64,000 nucleotides of DNA from an uncultured virus (IMG/VR IMGVR_UViG_3300018428_002561) (Duplodnaviria; Heunggongvirae; Uroviricota; Caudoviricetes), in IMG/VR virus record IMGVR_UViG_3300018428_002561; one strand, 5' to 3'. A program made the translations under genes and the position numbers. Shown here piece by piece: positions 56,714 through 64,000 of the stretch. The notes under the pieces were generated by a model. The model was not told the DNA's origin. It worked only from the letters and a program-made list of their open reading frames with translations, and did no database searches. Each line of letters opens with the position of its first letter. Position 1 is the first letter of the stretch.

Positions 56714-59700
56714 ATGGCAGAATTTAAACTAGAACGTTTTAAGTATACATGGAAAGGTGAATGGATCGCAGCCACAGTATACAAACGTGATGACATTGTA
56801 AGAGTTGGCGGTAAAACATATGTGTGTTTAGAAGGACATACAGCTGATACTAAATTTAAAACCGACTTACTTGCTACATTGCCTGGAAGTAATCCACCAC
56901 AAGCAGCCCCTAAGTGGAGATTAATGACAGATGGTAGATCTTTTAAAGGTGCGTGGGCAACAGCGACTACATATGCAATTAGTGATATTGTATTAAAAGA
57001 CGGATCACTTTGGGTATGTCTAAACGAACATGATTCAACAGAATTTTATGTAAACAAAGACGACTGGGCCCTGCTTGCAGAGTCAGTAAAATATACTACT
57101 AATTGGGAAACAGCAACTGATTATGGTACAGGTGCATTAGTAAAATATAATGGCATCGTATACAAGTGTATAGTTCCTCATGTATCGGGATTGTTTTTAG
57201 AAGATAACTTAGTTACTACACCTTCAAATATTCAAGTTGCTGTAGTAAGAAATGCAGAAGACACAGCAAACATTTATACATTAAATGGTATTCCTCAAGC
57301 AGAATTAACGTTTGCATTTGGCAAAACATATGTATTTGATCAAAGTGCTCCTCAAGACGGTAGCGATGATACAAATTTATATTTTGGCGGCGGCTTTGAC
57401 CAGAACGGCGATCCAGTACAGAATCCACATCCATTATTATTAAGTATTACTGATGATGGGCTTTGGAATAGCGGAGTTCCTTATGCAGACGGTGTAACAT
57501 ATTTTCTTAACGGTAACGAAGTTACACAGCAAGTATATGTTTCAAATTTTGCACAAGCAACAACTAGACAGGTAAGATTTACTGTACCATATACCGCACC
57601 AGAAACACTTTATTACTATTGTAGATATCATGCAGGAATGGGTGCGTCCCTTGCTACTGAAACATCTGCAGATGTTTCATGGGAAGTTTACCACAGCGGA
57701 ATTGAATATGTAGGTGCATGGGCAAGAGACACTCTATATAGAAAAAACGATTTAGTATTATATGGCGGTAGTATATGGAGATGTACAGAAACACACCAAT
57801 CTGCTTCTCAAGGATTTTTAGATGGTGACGGCAATCTTGCAGATCAATTAGATACTACTAAATTTGCTATAGAATTACCAGGCTTTCAATATGAGTCAGA
57901 ATGGAGTGACACAGCAGAATATCAAGCAGGCGATGTTGTACGATATGGTGGTTACTTATATTTTGCAACCAAATACAATAGAGATGATCAACCCGCCCAG
58001 TCACAAGACAGTACATCAAGTTGGGTAGAACTTCAATATGGTTACAACTTTAGAGGTGAATGGGTAGACGGCGCAGAATATAATCCAGGCGACATAGTTC
58101 AACGAGGCGGCGAACTATACATGGCTCTAGTTTCTATAGGTAAAGTAGAAGTTGACGGAAGTACATCTGATTATCTGCAAACAGAAAAATGGCAATTACT
58201 TGTTCCAAGTAAAACTTGGGGCGAAGCATGGATTACAGGACGTACATATTTTGTTGGTGAAGTTGTTTACCACTTTGGTAGTGCTTATGTTTGTAACGAA
58301 GCACACGTTAGTACAAATGATAACTTTCCTGGAGATAACGGTAGCGGATACTTTTATTGGGATACATTAGTTGAAGCAGGACAACCGTCAGGTTTGTCAG
58401 CCCAAGGCGATCTACTAACTTATAATTTAAGTAGAACAAACGTTGGCGACGGTAGTACTATTGGCCCTGCAGGAGTAGCTATAGGCGAAGAAAGACAACT
58501 GTTATCAGTTAACGATGACGACACTGTATTTTGGAAAAATTATCTAAGAACAGCGCAAGAAATTTATGTTGGGCATCATGGCATGGACACAGAAGGATAT
58601 GGACGAGATCCAAATAGACCATTTAGGTCCGTGAGATATGCTTGTGAATTTGTAGAAGAAACATTTCCAGCATTAACACCTGTAAAAATTAAAGTTGATA
58701 CAGGAAGGTACACAGAAATAGGCCCAATTAGCGTACCAGCAGGTACAGCGGTAATGGGCGACGAACTTAGATCTGTAACTATTGTTGCAAATCCGAGATT
58801 AGACGAATATCAAAATGAAACAGAAGAATTTAATGCTGCATGGGATTATGTAACAAGTATTTTACTTAACTTGTTTAGCAATGTTGACGTTCCACCACTT
58901 CCTGGAAATACACTTACACAACCTAAGACTACCTTAACTTTAGGATTAAGTGAAGTTAACTTAGCAATTACTCTTATTGATGTAATTAAAGATAAAGTTG
59001 AATTTAACGCAGAAAGCGGTGCTGTTGATCCTATTATGACAGGAACAAACACCCTTACATCAAACAGTGTTAGACGTCAAACAGCTTCTAAACTAGAAAG
59101 TTTACAAAGTTATCTTTCTCAACAAGTTGAAGCATGGGTGCGTGAAAACTATCCAACTAAACAATTTAGAATGAATAGAATAGCAGAAGATTTTATACAC
59201 TTCTTTAAAGCTATCTGCTATGATTTAAGGTACGAAGGAACTTACAAATCAATACTATCAGCTGAAAGATATGCCAATGCAATTACAGGTAGTAATCTAA
59301 GTGATTTATTTAGAATGAGAGATACAACTGGCTTACGTCAATGTACTGTTGAAGGACTAGATGGAGCACTAAACCCACCAGGTGTTTACGACTTATACCA
59401 AAGACCAACATCGGGTGCCTTTACAGCACTTGATCCAGGTTGGGGAACAGCAGATGATAGAACATGGATTAAACGTAGATCACCTTACATACAAGGTGTA
59501 ACAACTATTGGTACAGCATGTACAGGTATGCGTGTAGATGGATTATTACATAACGGTGGTAACAAGTCTATGACAGCAAACGACTATACACAAGTGTTAA
59601 GTGATGGTATTGGTGCATGGATTTCAGACAATGGTAGAGCAGAGCTTGTGTCAGTGTTTACATACTATAACCAAGTTGGATATTTAGCAGAACGTGGAGG

Positions 59701-62700
59701 AGTTATTCGTGCAACAAACGGTAACAACTCATACGGAAAATACGGTAGTATTGCAGACGGCATTGATCCTAACGAAGTACCTATTACAGCATCAGTGTTC
59801 AACAGAGATAATGAAGCAACGGTAGACGGGGTGTTTGCAGGAGCGTTTGGTGATGAAATCCTAATTTATGAATATGCAAATGCAGGCGAAAATTATACCA
59901 CAGCTACAAGCACTATAACAGGTGCAGGAGCAAATGCTGAAGCATTACACGAAGATATTAGACACGGTGCATTATTCCAATCAAGAATTGTTAATCCTGC
60001 AGACAGCGGAGCAATAGGCGGAGTAGGATATACAAATATTCAAAACCAAGCAACTATTGGAGATAGTACAAGTATTACCTTAAACGTCAACGAAACAATT
60101 ACTGAAGAAGAAATTGTAGGACAAGCACTTTATATTATTTCAGGTGATGGTACAGGACAATATGGTTATGTATCTGCCTATAACGAACTTAATCAAATTG
60201 CTTCTATAAACAAAGAAAGCACAGGTCAACCAGGGTGGGATCATTTACTTCCTGGTACTACAATTGAAACAACACTGAGCTCAAATACTAGATATCAAAT
60301 TGAACCACGCATAGTATCATCGGCACCGTCATATGCAGCAAACAACTATAACATTGCAAGTGGTAGAGATATTATAGATGTTGCATTTAGTAATACAACT
60401 TTTGAATTTACAGACATTGAAGGACAACCAGGAACAGGTGACGTTATAACGCAAGATGGTCTTGCTCCTGCTAATGCAAGATTTGATATTACTAAAAACG
60501 GACTTGTCTATGAAGTAACTATTGCAGATGGTGGTTTAGGATACGCTATTGGTGATTCTATTACAATTTTAGGTAGTGTATTAGGCGGCGATGATGTTAC
60601 TAATGACTGTCATATTAAAGTGAGTGGTGTAACTGACGATAGTTCAAACTCGATTACAAGTGTAGTTGTAACAGGTACAGGACGTAGTGGTAAGTTTGTT
60701 GCTATCGCAAAACCAAATTTTGTGTTAGAAAGTGATACAGGACAAGGTTGGAATGAAGTATTATTGCCAAACTCTACAGCCATTGATTGGATCAAAGTAG
60801 CTGCAGGTGCAAATAGATTTGTTGCTATTGCTAAAGGTACTGATGAAGCTGCATATAGTTTAGATGGAGTAAATTGGAATTCTGTAACATTACCTTTTGT
60901 GGAAGATTGGATTGACATTACTTTTGGAGAAGGTAGATTTGTTGTTATTGCTGAAAACTCTACAAATGTTATTCAATCAGCAGATGGTATAACATGGACA
61001 TCTAGTAACATGCCTAACGATGCTGTTGGTGACAGTGCATCAGCAGAATGGCAAGGACTTACATACGGTAAAGGTAAGTTTGTTGCTGTAGCAGGTAACG
61101 ACGGTGTAGTAGGTCATAGTACAGATGGAACTACATGGACATTTGATACTGGGTTCCCAGCAACACCTAATTTACAGGTTGCAGGGTTAGCATACGGTAA
61201 TAATAGATATCTTGCACTACTAGAAACAGGCGAAACTTACTATAGTTTTGATGGTTCAACTTGGACACAAGGAGCAGATGCTCCAACACAGGACGGATCA
61301 ACAACTATGCGTTGGAATGATATGAAGTTTGCAGAAGGTGTGTTCTTTGCTATATGTGATGCAAACAATCAAATTGTTGGCGGCGATATAGACGGTAATA
61401 ACACAAATTTTGCGGCAACTACTGAAGACGGAATACTGTGGACAGGCAGAACTCTTGCAGCGTCTAAAACTTACTTTGGACTAGGCTTTGGTGTTGTTAA
61501 TAACGTAGGTAGTTGGATTATAGGAACTAAAAACACCGCAATAGGAGGCATTGCAAAAGTAGAAACAGGTGCAAAAGTAAAAGTCCGTGCAAAACTAGGT
61601 AGTGGCGGCTTAATACAAACAATAAAGATTCTTGATTGCGGTAGTGGATATTCTCCTCAAAACCCACCAGTATTTACAATTACAGATAATGCATACACTG
61701 TAGGCATTGGGTGGGAAAATAGAGTAGGTAATGGAGTTCTTGCACAACCAAGTTGGACTAACAGAGGTATTGGTTACAGATCAAGCACTACAAGAGTTGA
61801 TATTACAGGCGATGGCTATGCTGACTTTATACCAGAAACTAACATTATAAAAATTGCAGGTTTACCGAGAGTACCAACTATTGGTAGCCAGTTGTTGTTC
61901 CCTAATATTCCAGACGATACAACAGACAATCCAGACGATCTAAAAAGTTTTAGAGTTGCTGTTGCAACAGATTTAGGTGATGATGGCACTGGTAATGGAA
62001 CAAAACTAGTACAATTCCAAATCAGTCCTAGAATGCGTAACGAATACGATCTAGTTCATAATACAAGTGTAACAATTAACGAAAACTTTAGCCAATGTAG
62101 AATTACAGGACATGACTTCTTAGACATTGGTACTGGTAATTTCTTAGAAACAAATTACCCAGAAATATATGCAGGCGGCAACTACTTTGTTAGTGCGCCT
62201 GAAAATGAAGTATACGAAACCGGAGGCGGACGTATATTCTACGTAAGTACAGACCAAGACGGTAACTTTAGAGCTGGTGAACTATTTTCAGTACAACAGG
62301 CTACTGGTGTTGTGACAATTAGTGCCGAGTTCTTTGATCTAGATGGCCTTAGCGAACTATCACTAGGTGGTGTAAGACTAGGTGGTTCGGGCGCGGTTGT
62401 TAGAGAGTTTAGTACAGACCCAACATTTGCTGAGGATAGTAATAATGTAGTACCAACACAGAGAGCTATTGCAACATTCCTTGCAGATAGATTAAGCGTT
62501 GGCGGTTCAGATCTAGAGTTAAATGCATTCTCAGCGGGACAGATTTATGTAGGAGGACCAGACAATCAATTTGACAACATACAAGATGCACAAATATTAG
62601 TTGGTGTGCCTGTTAATATGGAAGGTACAGACGCTAACGGCAATCCTGTAGGAATAAGCGGTTCATATGTTGGACAAATGATGTTACTTCGTAATTTTGA

Positions 62701-62716
62701 TGATGGTATGAAGTAA
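56714..62716 (+). CDS. Very large virion/adhesin-like protein (2000 aa)
   Basis: N-terminal W....Y..GD.V..GG..Y.C...H.S (CBM5/12-like) repeats, a cupredoxin-like insert, a pectin-lyase-like region and BNR-type S.DG..W propeller repeats. Confidence 0.8.
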   Translation: MAEFKLERFKYTWKGEWIAATVYKRDDIVRVGGKTYVCLEGHTADTKFKTDLLATLPGSNPPQAAPKWRLMTDGRSFKGAWATATTYAISDIVLKDGSLWVCLNEHDSTEFYVNKDDWALLAESVKYTTNWETATDYGTGALVKYNGIVYKCIVPHVSGLFLEDNLVTTPSNIQVAVVRNAEDTANIYTLNGIPQAELTFAFGKTYVFDQSAPQDGSDDTNLYFGGGFDQNGDPVQNPHPLLLSITDDGLWNSGVPYADGVTYFLNGNEVTQQVYVSNFAQATTRQVRFTVPYTAPETLYYYCRYHAGMGASLATETSADVSWEVYHSGIEYVGAWARDTLYRKNDLVLYGGSIWRCTETHQSASQGFLDGDGNLADQLDTTKFAIELPGFQYESEWSDTAEYQAGDVVRYGGYLYFATKYNRDDQPAQSQDSTSSWVELQYGYNFRGEWVDGAEYNPGDIVQRGGELYMALVSIGKVEVDGSTSDYLQTEKWQLLVPSKTWGEAWITGRTYFVGEVVYHFGSAYVCNEAHVSTNDNFPGDNGSGYFYWDTLVEAGQPSGLSAQGDLLTYNLSRTNVGDGSTIGPAGVAIGEERQLLSVNDDDTVFWKNYLRTAQEIYVGHHGMDTEGYGRDPNRPFRSVRYACEFVEETFPALTPVKIKVDTGRYTEIGPISVPAGTAVMGDELRSVTIVANPRLDEYQNETEEFNAAWDYVTSILLNLFSNVDVPPLPGNTLTQPKTTLTLGLSEVNLAITLIDVIKDKVEFNAESGAVDPIMTGTNTLTSNSVRRQTASKLESLQSYLSQQVEAWVRENYPTKQFRMNRIAEDFIHFFKAICYDLRYEGTYKSILSAERYANAITGSNLSDLFRMRDTTGLRQCTVEGLDGALNPPGVYDLYQRPTSGAFTALDPGWGTADDRTWIKRRSPYIQGVTTIGTACTGMRVDGLLHNGGNKSMTANDYTQVLSDGIGAWISDNGRAELVSVFTYYNQVGYLAERGGVIRATNGNNSYGKYGSIADGIDPNEVPITASVFNRDNEATVDGVFAGAFGDEILIYEYANAGENYTTATSTITGAGANAEALHEDIRHGALFQSRIVNPADSGAIGGVGYTNIQNQATIGDSTSITLNVNETITEEEIVGQALYIISGDGTGQYGYVSAYNELNQIASINKESTGQPGWDHLLPGTTIETTLSSNTRYQIEPRIVSSAPSYAANNYNIASGRDIIDVAFSNTTFEFTDIEGQPGTGDVITQDGLAPANARFDITKNGLVYEVTIADGGLGYAIGDSITILGSVLGGDDVTNDCHIKVSGVTDDSSNSITSVVVTGTGRSGKFVAIAKPNFVLESDTGQGWNEVLLPNSTAIDWIKVAAGANRFVAIAKGTDEAAYSLDGVNWNSVTLPFVEDWIDITFGEGRFVVIAENSTNVIQSADGITWTSSNMPNDAVGDSASAEWQGLTYGKGKFVAVAGNDGVVGHSTDGTTWTFDTGFPATPNLQVAGLAYGNNRYLALLETGETYYSFDGSTWTQGADAPTQDGSTTMRWNDMKFAEGVFFAICDANNQIVGGDIDGNNTNFAATTEDGILWTGRTLAASKTYFGLGFGVVNNVGSWIIGTKNTAIGGIAKVETGAKVKVRAKLGSGGLIQTIKILDCGSGYSPQNPPVFTITDNAYTVGIGWENRVGNGVLAQPSWTNRGIGYRSSTTRVDITGDGYADFIPETNIIKIAGLPRVPTIGSQLLFPNIPDDTTDNPDDLKSFRVAVATDLGDDGTGNGTKLVQFQISPRMRNEYDLVHNTSVTINENFSQCRITGHDFLDIGTGNFLETNYPEIYAGGNYFVSAPENEVYETGGGRIFYVSTDQDGNFRAGELFSVQQATGVVTISAEFFDLDGLSELSLGGVRLGGSGAVVREFSTDPTFAEDSNNVVPTQRAIATFLADRLSVGGSDLELNAFSAGQIYVGGPDNQFDNIQDAQILVGVPVNMEGTDANGNPVGISGSYVGQMMLLRNFDDGMK

Positions 62717-62766
62717 TTTTATAGGACAGTAAAAAATGTATAAATACAATAACGGAGCATTAAAAA

Positions 62767-63999
62767 ATGGCAGAATTTAAACTAGGTAGAATAAGATTTG
62801 TGTGGAAAGACGCATGGTCTTCTGCCACTACATATTACAAAGACGATGTTGTAAGATTCGGAGGTAAGGTATACATTTGTGTGATTGGCCACACAAGTGC
62901 AACTGATTTCTTTACAGATTTTGAAATAGTACCACCTAAATGGAATCTTGTAAGTGACGGTCAAACATGGAAGGGTGAGTGGGCAACAAGCACCGGATAT
63001 GTTTACGGAGATATTGTACAATATGGTGCAAGATTATACATTTGTAAAGTTGTTCACACATCACAAGCAACAGTAGCAGCTGGCCTAGAAGCTGATATTG
63101 CTAATTGGGATGTCTATGCTGACGGTTTAGCATGGAAAGGCGACTGGACCGTAGATACAAAGTACCTAATAAATGATCTAGTAAAATACGGCGGCCAAAC
63201 TTATGTGTGTAATACATATCATACATCTGCTGCAACTGAAGCCGACGGGCTAGAAGCAGACCAGGCAAGTTGGGACGTATTTAATGCAGGTATCGAATAC
63301 AAAAGTACATGGACATCTGGAACTAGATATAAAGTTAATGACGTAGTTCAGTATGGTGCAGCTCTTTGGATTTGTACTACTGAACATACTGGCTCAACAT
63401 TGTTTAGTACAGATAGTGCAAATTGGGAACAATTTGTTAGAGGATTCCAATTTGAATCAGACTGGGAAGCACTAAGACAATATCAAAAAGGTGATATTGT
63501 TAGATACGGCGGCAACCAATATATTGCACTTACTAACCATAGCGAGAAAAATCCTGTCGTAGAAACTACAGACTGGCAACTATTCTCACAAGGTATTAGA
63601 TTTTTAGGTGACTGGCAAGATGACAGTACACTTCAAGATTATAGAGTAGGAGAAGTTGTTCGATACGGTGGCTACACATATATTTGTACAGCAGATCACC
63701 AAGATCAAACACCTACTGATACAAACTATTGGCAACGACTAAACACTGGCCTAAGATGGAGAGGTGAGTGGGTAGATGATCAAGAATATCTATTAGGTGA
63801 CGTTGTAAGATTTACAGACAACTCTTACGTTTGTGTTCAAGGACACTTTTCAGAAGGCGACGACTTTTCAACAATACAAACACAGCCCGGAGGCGGCGGT
63901 GCACAGAATTCACGTCCTGATTTAGATACAACAGGTACATACTGGCAAGTATTGTCAATTGGTAATGAAGCAAGTGTACTAACTACAAAAGGTGATTTA
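62767..63999 (+). CDS. Paralogue of the preceding adhesin-like protein, truncated by the window end
   Basis: Not in the ORF track. MAEFKLGRIRFVWKDAWSSATTYYKDDVVRFGGKVYICVIGHTS mirrors MAEFKLERFKYTWKGEW; TATAAATA at 62739 and GGAG SD. Confidence 0.85.
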   Translation, partial: MAEFKLGRIRFVWKDAWSSATTYYKDDVVRFGGKVYICVIGHTSATDFFTDFEIVPPKWNLVSDGQTWKGEWATSTGYVYGDIVQYGARLYICKVVHTSQATVAAGLEADIANWDVYADGLAWKGDWTVDTKYLINDLVKYGGQTYVCNTYHTSAATEADGLEADQASWDVFNAGIEYKSTWTSGTRYKVNDVVQYGAALWICTTEHTGSTLFSTDSANWEQFVRGFQFESDWEALRQYQKGDIVRYGGNQYIALTNHSEKNPVVETTDWQLFSQGIRFLGDWQDDSTLQDYRVGEVVRYGGYTYICTADHQDQTPTDTNYWQRLNTGLRWRGEWVDDQEYLLGDVVRFTDNSYVCVQGHFSEGDDFSTIQTQPGGGGAQNSRPDLDTTGTYWQVLSIGNEASVLTTKGDL

Positions 64000-64000
64000 G

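Noticed and set aside
44591..63999. Diversity-generating retroelement acting on the fibre genes
   Set aside because: No reverse transcriptase in the window, and mismatches between the near-identical patches are synonymous and mostly C/T rather than adenine-specific

Overview
AT-rich window from a large T4-related (myovirus-like) phage genome, almost fully coding in the standard genetic code. Minus strand 1-23446 is a baseplate module: a >4000-aa gp7-like giant missed by the ORF track, gp6, gp25, a gp5-like spike with a lysozyme domain, a hub with an M15 peptidase domain, gp53 and a gp48/54-like gene. The plus strand then carries gp55 late sigma, gp47/gp46, a short GIY-YIG nuclease followed by a hairpin-dense non-coding tract, and probable internal head proteins (one split by a single in-frame TGA). 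A minus-strand gp26-like chaperone has a likely -1 frameshift extension. It is followed by tape measure, portal, prohead core, protease, scaffold and major capsid protein, and then very large repetitive virion fibre proteins. The most notable unannotated content lies just after the capsid gene: a 23-codon pqqA (PQQ cofactor precursor peptide) with its own SD, late-promoter core and terminator, sitting back-to-back with a promoter- and terminator-bounded ~220-nt structured RNA candidate. All calls come from reading motifs and synteny by eye; no database searches or folding programs were run.
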